Assembly: GCA_965223905.1 (NCBI GenBank)
Contig: CBDCXV010000010.1
Coordinates: 1,344,001 to 1,408,000, forward strand
Direction of reading: 5' to 3'
Length of the DNA stretch: 64,000 nt
From: Candidatus Latescibacterota bacterium
GTDB lineage: Bacteria; Latescibacterota; UBA2968; UBA8231
Shown here one piece after another: positions 1 to 8,827 of the stretch; position 1 is the stretch's first letter; the number at the start of each line of letters is the position of its first letter. Below the pieces are notes generated by a model. That model saw only the letters and a program-made list of their open reading frames with translations. It made no database searches and was not told where the DNA came from. The translations under genes and the position numbers were made by a program.

Positions 1-667
1 CTATATAGAATCTGCAGTTGGATTCTCAGAACCACCCGAGTCGCCCATGGACTGGTTGCGAATACCCGAGTCGTACCTATTCGAGTTGACTCCGAGCAGG
101 CTCTATCACGATGGGCCTGGCATTGTCAGTGCTCGCTTCCGAGCGTTCTCCACATACCCTGATGATGTCTGGAAGCAGCGAATGGGGGCTTGCCTTTCCT
201 GGCTCTGGGAGTGGGGACGAAAGCATCTCTTCAGGGCGGAAACTCGAGGAGACCACGTGAGTGCGTCTTGCTATTGGGCAAGATTTGCTGAGTACGCAAT
301 GAAGGTTGGTTTTCTGATGAGTCATCGTCATGCACCCTACCACAAATGGTTGTGGAGAGAGTTCAGGAAGTTGGGTGCCATTGCCGACCAAGTTTCTCCT
401 TTGCTTGAGGAGGGGTTCGAGAAGGTGGAAGGCAGACGAGAACTCGTTGACCGCATAGAGATGATCTATATGGAGATGCTTCAGCAGCTTGGCTTTTCAC
501 CAGCGGTCCAAGCAGCCACTAGAAGATTGGCCTATCCAGACAATGAACTGCTTCGATATGCCCAGAGTGTTCGTAACGCCATTGAGACTCCAGAAATCAA
601 GAAACTGCACTTGAGAGAAGAGCTTGTCTATCCAGCAACTAAGGCCGCGTGGACATGGCTACGATAG
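1..667 (+). CDS. DUF4037-like protein, 5'-partial (cassette gene)
   Basis: Frame is open from base 2. DWLRIPE...LYHDGPG...YPDDVW...APYHKWL resembles DUF4037. Followed by an attC. Confidence 0.6.
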   Translation, partial: YIESAVGFSEPPESPMDWLRIPESYLFELTPSRLYHDGPGIVSARFRAFSTYPDDVWKQRMGACLSWLWEWGRKHLFRAETRGDHVSASCYWARFAEYAMKVGFLMSHRHAPYHKWLWREFRKLGAIADQVSPLLEEGFEKVEGRRELVDRIEMIYMEMLQQLGFSPAVQAATRRLAYPDNELLRYAQSVRNAIETPEIKKLHLREELVYPATKAAWTWLR

Positions 668-686
668 GGACGATCTGGTAGACAGC

Positions 687-768
687 ACCTAACACCGTGC
701 CCCCGGCTTCGGGCCGTTCGGCCCTTCGCCCAACCGCTGCGCGGTTCGGGGGCACTGAGACGTTAAGA
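687..768 (+). repeat. attC site 1
   Basis: R'' ACCTAAC (687-693), arms GTGCCCCCG/CGGGGGCAC, R' GTTAAGA (762-768); starts 20 bp after a stop codon. Confidence 0.85.
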
Positions 769-802
769 GAAATGTTTTAAGAGACGAGTAGGAGTTTCAG
801 GT

Positions 803-1513
803 TTGAGACCAGTTCTTCTGTTTGACCTTGGCGACACCCTTGTGCAGTACTATCGCAGGGAAGAGTTTCCTCCTTTGCTGCGGGCAGGAATTCACGCAGC
901 CAAAGAGGCACTGGAGCGTTCGGGACACGATTTGCCTTCGGATTCTGAGATCGAGCGCGGTGTCGCGACTGAGAACTACGAAGCCAAAAACAGTCGCGTT
1001 CGCCCACTCCACAAGAGGCTTGGTCGTATCTTTGCGGTCGCACCTTGCGTTTCGGAGGAAGAGTGGCTGCCGATCTGTCGTGCCTTCCTCACGCCAATCA
1101 TTTCTATTGCCAAGATCTATGAAGACACTCTTCCGGCTCTAGATGCGCATCTGGCGGATGGCTGCCGCGTAGGAATCCTGTCGAACTGTCCTTGGGGTTC
1201 ACCGAGCGAGCCCTGGTTTGAAGAACTGCGGCGACATGGCCTTTCGACGCGATGCGAGGTGGCTATCTTTTGTTCGGATGTAGGGTGGCGGAAGCCCGCC
1301 CAACCTATGTTTCGCCGGGCATTGGATCATTTTGGATGCAAACCAGAGGAATGCCTGTTTGTCGGAGATAATGCAAGGTGGGACATTATGGGTGCGAGAC
1401 GAGCGAATATGATTTCCGTGCTCATCGACCGAATCGGTCACGTGGATGTGAGTTCGGGACTTGTTATCCGATCTTTGCTTGATCTAAAGCCCGTCCTCGA
1501 ACGATTGGATTGA
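803..1513 (+). CDS. HAD-family hydrolase (cassette gene)
   Basis: Motif I LFDLGDTL, LSN, KP and FVGDNARWD motifs. Confidence 0.9.
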   Translation: MRPVLLFDLGDTLVQYYRREEFPPLLRAGIHAAKEALERSGHDLPSDSEIERGVATENYEAKNSRVRPLHKRLGRIFAVAPCVSEEEWLPICRAFLTPIISIAKIYEDTLPALDAHLADGCRVGILSNCPWGSPSEPWFEELRRHGLSTRCEVAIFCSDVGWRKPAQPMFRRALDHFGCKPEECLFVGDNARWDIMGARRANMISVLIDRIGHVDVSSGLVIRSLLDLKPVLERLD

Positions 1514-1545
1514 ACGCACTTCAACGATTGGATTGAACGCACTTC
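1500..1545. repeat. Perfect 23-bp tandem duplication
   Basis: AACGATTGGATTGAACGCACTTC at 1500-1522 and 1523-1545, spanning the HAD stop codon. Confidence 0.95.
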
Positions 1546-1628
1546 TCTTAACACGACCGGGCCCGGCTACGGGCCATACGGCCCTTCGCCCGACCGCTTC
1601 GCGGTTCGAGCACGGCGAAAGGTTATAT
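1546..1628 (+). repeat. attC site 2
   Basis: R'' TCTTAAC is the exact reverse complement of the cassette start GTTAAGA (762). Internal hairpins match site 1. R' GTTATAT at 1622-1628. Confidence 0.88.
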
Positions 1629-1653
1629 GACATGAGTAACAGGTGAGCGTGAG

Positions 1654-2730
1654 ATGAGATCGTCGATTCTTCCAATCTTACTCGTGTTTGCTCATATCAC
1701 GGCCAGCGAAGGAGGTGAGCCAATGTTTAGCGTAACCGTTGATCCGCGGATAGAGCTGCTGTCCGTTGTGGGAGTATTGGCCGACCACCAGGGCATGACG
1801 AACTACGACATCCAGTATAGGCAAGAAATCCTAAATCGCTTTTCCAATCACAGGAATCACAACGCCGTCACGTTTCTACGCCGTGTCATGGATAGGGCAC
1901 TTGCATCCGATGCATACGCGACCGTTATGATCCATTTGTCGCAGCCTCCCGCATTAAAGTTTGAGAGTCCGATCAACGACGACGCGATGGAGGACTATGT
2001 CACCCGAGCGTTTGGTGGCGACATTAATATCATTGCATTTGTCGAGACGCTCCGTGACTTCGTCAAGGATTCAGATTTCATCGAGTTTTACAGCTCCCAA
2101 TCACGTTTCTATCAATCTTTGAGATCAGATGCTTTGGACAAGCTTGGTAGCACAGATTATATGAATACGCTTGAACAATACGTTGGCGATAAGCAGGAAA
2201 ACTATCACATCATTCTCGGGCCCCTGCTCCATCACGGCGGTTTTGGACCCCGGATCGTAGGCGACAAGGGCGTGACTGATCTCTTCAGTATCATCGGCCC
2301 GGTGGGCGAGGATGAGGGGGTTCCCGACTTTGGAGACCGAGCTAGACTTCAAGACGTTCTTTGGCACGAGTTTGCACATTCATTTGTCGATCCCATAACC
2401 GCCGATCACCTGATGAGCGTTAATGAATATTCGTCCCTGTATATACCTATTGCAGAACAAATGGCGAGCGCTGGCGGCTACATGAACTGGCAAACCTGCG
2501 TCAACGAACACATAATCAGAGCCATTACATGTCGATTGTTCCACTCTGAGATGGGGACGGAGGCTGGAGAGCAGGCCCTTGCGGCCGAGAGGGAGCGAGG
2601 CTTTCGTTACATCGACGCCATCCATTCAAGGTTGTTGGAGTATGAGGGTAATAGGTCGACGTATAGCACGCTCAGGAGTTTCTATCCTGAGATCGTCGCT
2701 GCGTTTGCACAGATTGCAAGCGAGAATTGA
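1654..2730 (+). CDS. DUF4932-like exported protein, putative metallopeptidase (cassette gene)
   Basis: Signal-peptide-like N-terminus, VDPRIELLS, HEFAHSFV (HExxH), NEHIIRA. Confidence 0.75.
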   Translation: MRSSILPILLVFAHITASEGGEPMFSVTVDPRIELLSVVGVLADHQGMTNYDIQYRQEILNRFSNHRNHNAVTFLRRVMDRALASDAYATVMIHLSQPPALKFESPINDDAMEDYVTRAFGGDINIIAFVETLRDFVKDSDFIEFYSSQSRFYQSLRSDALDKLGSTDYMNTLEQYVGDKQENYHIILGPLLHHGGFGPRIVGDKGVTDLFSIIGPVGEDEGVPDFGDRARLQDVLWHEFAHSFVDPITADHLMSVNEYSSLYIPIAEQMASAGGYMNWQTCVNEHIIRAITCRLFHSEMGTEAGEQALAAERERGFRYIDAIHSRLLEYEGNRSTYSTLRSFYPEIVAAFAQIASEN

Positions 2731-2760
2731 AAACGGAAGTTCCGCAAGAGGACCCACGTC

Positions 2761-2845
2761 ATATAACACGTCCGTGCCCGGCTTCGGCGCTGAGGCGCCT
2801 TCCCGCAACCGCATTCGCGGTTCGGGCACGGCGAAAACGATATCT
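2761..2845 (+). repeat. attC site 3 (R' mutated)
   Basis: GTCATATAAC (2758-2767) is the reverse complement of GTTATATGAC (1622-1631). Arms CCGTGCCCG/CGGGCACGG. R' reads GATATCT rather than GTT. Confidence 0.8.
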
Positions 2846-3168
2846 GAAATAGGAAAAGAAAAACAGAGCCTATTCAGTATATCTCCAGCCATTGGGAGAA
2901 TACTGCGTTTTCGCAGTACAATCACTAGTTATAGAGCCAGGAGAAGAAACCAGCGATTGTGACCAATGAAGCTGACAGGCGGCAGGACGAATAGCACCGG
3001 GAGCGGAGGAGATGCTCGCCTTGAGGTCGGATCAACTGGCAGGATCGGAAAAGCCAAACATTGGAATCAACAAGAACTGCTGATGAGCCGGCGGCAGTAA
3101 CTTCCGCATTCGCGTCACACCACAAGAGGGTCGCCTTTGCGCCTTCAGAATCGAAAAGGAGCCCACCC

Positions 3169-3876
3169 ATGGAACGGATTTTCTCAAATCTCTACCGCAT
3201 CGGAGGCGAGCCCCACGAGCGCGGGCAGTCGCATTCCTACCTCCTCGTGAGAAAGACGGGCAATCTGTTCATCTGCCACCAGAGCGTCCCGACGTCGGCG
3301 GACGTGAAGGAGATCAAGCAGCTCGGCGGGGTTGCGAGTCAATTTGTCTGCCACCATTGGGACGCGAACCGGAAGGGCGGACACGACGGGCTCTTCAAGA
3401 CGTTCGGCTGCGCGCTTCACCTTCACAGGGCGGATCGCGCCGCCGCGCGAGGCAAGACGAAGTTCACGCTCGACACGTTCGACGACGCGGGGCTGACGCT
3501 GGACAAGGATTTCGAGGCCATCTACATGCCGACGTGCACGCGCGGCCATACGGTCTTCCGGTGGCGCAACCGTGGGAAGTACCACCTGTTCTCAAGTCAC
3601 GCTATCTACCTTCTCGAGGACGGATGGCGTCTCAGCTTGAACCGCCACGAAGGCAAGCTTTGGGGGCCAGGTTGTAGGATTTGGCAGGCGCAAGCCATAC
3701 GACCGGCGCTCGCCAAGTTGAAGGGCCTCCAGGTGGATCACATATTTCCGGGTTACACGCAGGTGGGTGACGACACCTTCTACCGGTTAGACGACCGCAA
3801 GAGGCGGGCGCTGACCCGCGCCCTGAAGGCGGAGCTCATGACCGCCGATCATCTGTTGGATTCTCGGCAGCTATGA
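3169..3876 (+). CDS. Metallo-beta-lactamase-fold-like protein
   Basis: SYLLVRKTGNLFI, CHHWDA, TCTRGHT, DHIFPG; degenerate MBL motifs; RBS AAGGAG upstream. Confidence 0.55.
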   Translation: MERIFSNLYRIGGEPHERGQSHSYLLVRKTGNLFICHQSVPTSADVKEIKQLGGVASQFVCHHWDANRKGGHDGLFKTFGCALHLHRADRAAARGKTKFTLDTFDDAGLTLDKDFEAIYMPTCTRGHTVFRWRNRGKYHLFSSHAIYLLEDGWRLSLNRHEGKLWGPGCRIWQAQAIRPALAKLKGLQVDHIFPGYTQVGDDTFYRLDDRKRRALTRALKAELMTADHLLDSRQL

Positions 3877-3947
3877 GGCAGGCTTAGAGAAAGAGAACCT
3901 CACAGACAACAGATTACCAGACGACCTCTCGTTGAAGCTTAGGAAGT

Positions 3948-4035
3948 ATATCACAGAAATTCCCACTGCGCGCCATTCGGCGCTTGGCCTTCGGCAACCT
4001 ACTCCGTGGGTTCGCAAACCGGCATTACGTTACCT
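3948..4035 (+). repeat. Degenerate attC, second sequence family
   Basis: Ends in GTTACCT (4029), which is matched by AGGTAAC at 5284. Shares CACTGCG..CGGCAACC..GGTTCGCAAACCG..ACGTT with 7714-7809. Left boundary uncertain. Confidence 0.55.
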
Positions 4036-4064
4036 GCCATGGCAGTGCCCATAAGGAGAGACAC

Positions 4065-5198
4065 ATGAAGTCCCTGACATCCATCATCGCCGCCTCAATC
4101 CTCCTCCTCTCGCCCATCCTCGCCCACCACGAACGAGCAGAACCCCCGGAGGGAGCCGTGGCCCGAACCGTCCTGCCAGACGTCAAGATGCCGATCATGA
4201 ACGAGCACTCCCGTTCCACCCTCGTCTGCGCGATGTACGCACTGCTGCCGGCTCTCGGGCAACAGGGCTGGTCGATCCCTCGACTGGAAGCGCTGACGGG
4301 ATACGCCTTCTACTTCCAGATGCGGGAGGGGGGCGAGTCGGTCTTCGACGACGATCTCGATTGGGGCCTGGCCATGCACGTCCTCGACATCTTTGGTCAG
4401 GCGAAAGTCTATGATGCGGACAAGAACTCGGACGTTGATCTCCCTGCGCTCAAGGCCGAAGCGCGAGACGCAGTCGTCGCCAGCCTGGAGAACGGACTCC
4501 CCAGCCTCGTTTGGGCGCCACGAAGCCTGGAGCAGAGGGGCAAGGTCCATTTCGCTTGCTGGGGCCTCATCGTCGGCTACAACGCGGCAGACGGAACCTA
4601 CATGATCCGCCAACCGGCCGAGAAGCTCGACTACCCGGTCCGCTTTGACGCCATCGGGTTCGCCGATCCGAGCGATTGGTTCCGCGTCGACACCTTCAAG
4701 CCGAAAGAACTTGACGACAACGCTCTGCACCTCACCTCACTCCGCAATGCCGTCGCCTTCGCGAACGGCACTCGCTACGACAACCCCCAGGTCGTCGAGG
4801 CCGCCCTCGTGCATCCCCCGAAAAACCCCTATGGATTCGCCGCCTACGAGCTCTGGCAGGAAGCGTTCGAATCTGACGTAAATCTGAACGCCACGTTCTT
4901 CCACACAGAAACCCTGAAACCGCGTAGAGAGGCCGCGGCCGCCTACCTGCGGGAGCTCACCTATGCCTATCCGGCCGCCGCCAATCCGCTGGAAGCAGCA
5001 GCTGTTCACTATGATCGAGAGGTCGAATCCATCACCGCAATCTCCGACCTGTGCGTTGCCGCCACCAAGCACGAGCCCAAGGCCTTCACCCCCGACGAGC
5101 GCGCCGAAATCCGCCCCCTCATCGCCCAAGCGTTGAAGGCCGACCGGGCCGCCGTGGCGCAGATCGAAGCCGCGCTCAAGATTCTGGAGACGCCGTGA
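4065..5198 (+). CDS. Exported hypothetical protein (cassette gene)
   Basis: RBS AAGGAG, signal-peptide-like start; WGLIVGYN and YGFAAYELW resemble BtrH/papain-like peptidase-fold proteins. Confidence 0.6.
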   Translation: MKSLTSIIAASILLLSPILAHHERAEPPEGAVARTVLPDVKMPIMNEHSRSTLVCAMYALLPALGQQGWSIPRLEALTGYAFYFQMREGGESVFDDDLDWGLAMHVLDIFGQAKVYDADKNSDVDLPALKAEARDAVVASLENGLPSLVWAPRSLEQRGKVHFACWGLIVGYNAADGTYMIRQPAEKLDYPVRFDAIGFADPSDWFRVDTFKPKELDDNALHLTSLRNAVAFANGTRYDNPQVVEAALVHPPKNPYGFAAYELWQEAFESDVNLNATFFHTETLKPRREAAAAYLRELTYAYPAAANPLEAAAVHYDREVESITAISDLCVAATKHEPKAFTPDERAEIRPLIAQALKADRAAVAQIEAALKILETP

Positions 5199-5283
5199 GG
5201 CAGGCTCAGCGTGCTCTTGACCGGGGCCCATCGTGAGGGGGGGAGTACGCTGTTTCTTTGCCGATTCTCAAACTGCCACAGGC

Positions 5284-5367
5284 AGGTAACACGTCCGTGC
5301 CCGGCTTCGGGCTTACGCCCTTCGCGCAACCGCTTTCGCGGTTCGGGGGACGGCGAAGACGTTAAGT
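5284..5367 (+). repeat. attC site 4
   Basis: GGCAGGTAAC (5281-5290) is the reverse complement of GTTACCTGCC (4029-4038). Body similar to sites 2 and 3. R' GTTAAGT. Confidence 0.85.
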
Positions 5368-5408
5368 GGCATGCGCACGATAAGTCCGACCTGGTTTAGA
5401 GGTCATGG

Positions 5409-5978
5409 ATGAATCGGCACTTTGTCGTCTCGATAAACTCGGTCTCGGGAGGAGGGAAAACCGCTTTGGCGACCGCCTTGCATCGCTCACTGCCCCAATC
5501 AGCTCTGTTTTGCTTCGACGATTTCGATGACTCCAACGTTTATCCAGAGGACTTCTATGAGTGGAGCCGCCGAGGGGCCGATATAACGGAATTTGACTGT
5601 CCTGGGATGAGAAACGCGGTCGACCAAGAAATTCAAAGGGGTACGGCGAAACAGATAATCCTTGATTTCCCGTTTGGACGCCGCCACCCTCGATTCGCTG
5701 ACATCATCGATCTCGACGTGTTCATCGATACTCCCCTTGACGTAGCTATGGCACGTCGAATCTTGAGAGACCATTCCGGCGATAGCCAGAAATCCGCAGA
5801 AGAAGCATTGAAGGATCTACTGGATGGATTGACCCACTATCTGGAAAAGGCTCGACACCCGTTTTTGGATGCCCACAAAGCCAAGGACGTGAGTGATCTC
5901 ATTCTGGACGGATGGCGCAGTCTTGACGATCTGAAGACCGAGGTTCTGGTTCGGATAGATTCGGGCCAGAAATCGTAG
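5409..5978 (+). CDS. P-loop nucleoside/uridine kinase-like protein (cassette gene)
   Basis: Walker A SGGGKT, IILDFPFG, FIDTPLDVAMARR. Confidence 0.8.
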   Translation: MNRHFVVSINSVSGGGKTALATALHRSLPQSALFCFDDFDDSNVYPEDFYEWSRRGADITEFDCPGMRNAVDQEIQRGTAKQIILDFPFGRRHPRFADIIDLDVFIDTPLDVAMARRILRDHSGDSQKSAEEALKDLLDGLTHYLEKARHPFLDAHKAKDVSDLILDGWRSLDDLKTEVLVRIDSGQKS

Positions 5979-6048
5979 ATCGATTCTGTGCGCGTCAGCA
6001 CCTTCGGGCGCGAACTGCACGTGGCGCCCTGAGTTCGAGAAAACACGC

Positions 6049-6858
6049 ATGAGCGACACGAAGACAACGGGGCTGAACGGGGATCAGGTTCGACGGTTCC
6101 TGGACGATGGCTTTTTCATCGTTCGGGAGCTGCTGCCCCGCGCGGCGATTCAGCCGCTCATCGATGAACTGAAGCAAAAAGCCGACGAGGCGGTGCACGC
6201 GGCAGTCGAACAAGGGGTGCTGGATCCGGCACACACGTTCAAACTGCGAACCTGGCCATCGCTCCTGGATGTTGTCGAATCCATAATCGGTCTCGAGATA
6301 CTGGCCCACCCGCAGTTCAATATCCGCACGAAGCTTCCGGATCAGGCAGAGACCGTCCTTCCCTGGCATCAGGACCTGGCCTTTGTGGACTCGGAAGAAG
6401 CAGGGGATACCTTGCTGGTTAACTGCTGGATTCCTCTTGTCGATGCCCGGGCCGGGAACGGCTGCATGCAGATGATGCGCGGCACGCACGGACTGCCGCT
6501 GTTGCCCCACGACCTGCGGGTTCCTCTGCCCGGCGGCAAACACTGCGTGGGCATTGACGATCGGGACCTCCCCGACTGCGAGGTCGTGACGGGCGAGCTG
6601 AATGCGGGGGATGTTCTGTTGACGACCGAACGTGTCCTGCATCGATCGCTGCCGAACGTATCCGAAACCGTCCGCTGGAGCGTCGACACCCGATACACCG
6701 CTCTGGGACTGCCGACCGGTCGTGCTGACGTTCCTGGCTTTGTCGCCCGCAGCAGCAATCATCCAGACCGCGTCGCGCGATCGGCCCAAGATTGGAACGA
6801 GAGGGTAGAAGCCGGTTTGTGGCAGGAGCGGAGAGATTTGCTTGCGACAGGTAATTAA
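6049..6858 (+). CDS. Phytanoyl-CoA dioxygenase (PhyH) family protein, possibly internally shortened
   Basis: PWHQD, WIPLVD, NGCM, GDVLL..HRS, RWSVDTRY. Confidence 0.85.
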   Translation: MSDTKTTGLNGDQVRRFLDDGFFIVRELLPRAAIQPLIDELKQKADEAVHAAVEQGVLDPAHTFKLRTWPSLLDVVESIIGLEILAHPQFNIRTKLPDQAETVLPWHQDLAFVDSEEAGDTLLVNCWIPLVDARAGNGCMQMMRGTHGLPLLPHDLRVPLPGGKHCVGIDDRDLPDCEVVTGELNAGDVLLTTERVLHRSLPNVSETVRWSVDTRYTALGLPTGRADVPGFVARSSNHPDRVARSAQDWNERVEAGLWQERRDLLATGN

Positions 6859-6882
6859 TCCGCCACCCGATCCAACCATCCC

Positions 6883-7604
6883 ATGCGCATGTACACCTAC
6901 CTGCTGAAACTCCAACTGCTCAACGCACTGGCCTACCGCTTCGAGTATCTGTCTTCCATCGGGCGGAATCTGTTCTTCCTCCTCGGCTCTGCCTTCCTCT
7001 GGCGCACCGCGTATCGCGGGATCGACCAAGTCGCCGGAGTCACCGAGGCGCAGATGGTCACCTACGCCGTCGTCGCGCGGGGAGCTGGCTGGTGCCATGC
7101 TGCACGAGCCGGAAATCATGTTTCTCGACGAGCCCACGATGGGCATGGACATCGAGGTGAAAGCGGCGATCCGGACCTTCATCCGGGAAATCAACCGGCG
7201 CCGGCGCACCACCGTGCTGCACCACGCACGACCTGGACGACGTGGAGGAGCTCTGCGAGAGACTCATCGTCATCAACCAGGGACGCATCATCGAAGACGG
7301 GCCTCTGGCCGCGCTCATCGACTCGATCACCCCGCACCGCTATCTGATCGTCGAGTGCGATCCCGGAGCAGGCGAGCCGCTGGCTGGCTTCGCCCACGCC
7401 CACGCGGAGATCCTGGAACGGCGAGACAGAATCGTCCGCATCCGCTTTGCGAGGAGCCACGTGTCTGCGTCGGCGCTGATCTCGGAGCTGTCGGCCCGCT
7501 ACCCGGTGCGCGACGTGTCCGTCCAGGAGCCCGACATCGAGGACGTGATTCGCACGGTCTACGGGCGCGAGGTGGGGGTCGAGAGGCCAGGCGGTTCCAG
7601 CTGA
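6883..7604 (+). pseudogene. ABC-2 permease N-terminal fragment fused to a frameshifted ABC ATPase C-terminal fragment
   Basis: ALAYRFEY..QMVTYAV joins directly to LHEPEIMFLDEPTMG; no Walker A; frame change near 7220. Confidence 0.75.
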
Positions 7605-7713
7605 TCGATTCAGTCTGCCCGCTTTTATTGGTATTTTTCTACAAACACATGCCGCCGGACGCGAGCTGTCGTTCCGTTCTTCCCGAGTCTATCCGAGCTA
7701 TCCTGGAAATAGT

Positions 7714-7809
7714 CGGAAAGAGGTGGGTTCGCACTGCGGCGCTGATCGCGCCTGAGCCTGCGGCAACCCCTTGCCAAGCTCGGGGTTCGCAAACCGAAGA
7801 ACGTTTTGG
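7714..7809 (+). repeat. Degenerate attC, second family
   Basis: Homologous to 3948-4035; ends ACGTTTTGG about 45 bp before the next gene; R'' not recognisable. Confidence 0.45.
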
Positions 7810-7848
7810 AAATGCCGCATCGGAGTTGACACTGGCTGTGAGCAGCAC

Positions 7849-8391
7849 GTGATAGTTCGAATATCAGCGAAGCTCGGGAAGAAGATCGACCTGATCCCGG
7901 ACAGGATTCTTCCCTCCGGTCCCAATCCTTTCGCCGACTGGTCGGCGCACTTGTTTACGGCCGGCCGAATTCAGTATGTCCTGATTTCCAACACGGCATC
8001 CCTCTACTCCATGGTGATGTTTGGCAGAGGTGTGACCGATGATGGCCGCTTTTTGGATCGGATGACGAGCTGCATGGGTGAATTCCTTCGAGCAGATGAC
8101 CACGGATTCATTTGGGAGCGGTTAATCATACCATGGGTCGATCACGTGAGCTTTTCCAAGGCACTAAACCGATCCGTGACTGGTTCAATGAACGAGCTTG
8201 TCTTCCAAGCTCAACATCATCTAATCGGAGGTGCCATGTTGCCGTTGGATGTTTCGTTTCGCTTGAATGAAGTACCCCTATCGTGTTTGGAATACATCAC
8301 CCCAAGAGCCTCCTTTCAGCACCTTGTTGTCCAAGGTGGAGAAATATCACAGCTTCCCAAACCCAGCAATCCCGGGGGGCACATTCTATAA
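7849..8391 (+). CDS. DUF6933-like hypothetical protein (cassette gene)
   Basis: VIVRISAKLGKKI..NPFADWSAHLF..NRSVTGSMNEL; stop codon TAA overlaps the R'' of the following attC. Confidence 0.7.
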   Translation: MIVRISAKLGKKIDLIPDRILPSGPNPFADWSAHLFTAGRIQYVLISNTASLYSMVMFGRGVTDDGRFLDRMTSCMGEFLRADDHGFIWERLIIPWVDHVSFSKALNRSVTGSMNELVFQAQHHLIGGAMLPLDVSFRLNEVPLSCLEYITPRASFQHLVVQGGEISQLPKPSNPGGHIL

Positions 8392-8468
8392 CACCGTGCC
8401 GCCAGCTTCGGGGCTAAAGCCCCTTTCGCCCAACCTCTGCGCGGTTCGAGGGCACTTTAATGTTAGGG
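8386..8468 (+). repeat. attC site 5
   Basis: CTATAAC-ACC-GTGCC...GGCAC-TTTAAT-GTTAGGG; very similar to site 1. Confidence 0.82.
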
Positions 8469-8519
8469 GGAAACGTTATGTTGAAACCGGAAGAGAGATC
8501 CGAATTCAACTTCCTTGGG

Positions 8520-8767
8520 GGGGTCCCCGATTCAGTGAGTTGCCGCTTCGCCGACTCGCCTCCTGGGGGGCGGTGGCAGGTCTGGTGCTGGGCGTTCTCC
8601 CGCTTGTTTTCGGGACCCTGACTTCCAAGCACCCGCTGTGGTTTCTGGTTCTGGCGATAATCGGTTCCACCACCTTGCTGAGCGCGGCTTCAGCCGTTGA
8701 ATCCGCCTTGTTGTTTCGGTATGCTGCGCGGCAGCAACCTCCCGCGGGCGCAGGGTTGGGGCAGTAA
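8520..8767 (+). pseudogene. 3' fragment of a small membrane protein
   Basis: RFSELPLRRLASWGAVAGLVLG plus two hydrophobic helices; no plausible in-frame start after the attC. Confidence 0.45.
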
Positions 8768-8827
8768 CGGGACGCCCTGCAGATACTTTTCGTGGACGGC
8801 GGCGATGACCGGGAAGAGATCGAAGGA

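Noticed and set aside
2901-2934. TACTGCG-TTTT-CGCAGTA hairpin followed by GTTATAG as an extra attC
   Set aside because: No R'' or L-box pairing found; too short to call.
687-8468. Repeats as a CRISPR array or REP elements
   Set aside because: Spacing is gene-sized, copies are divergent, the ends follow the attC rule, and no cas genes are present.
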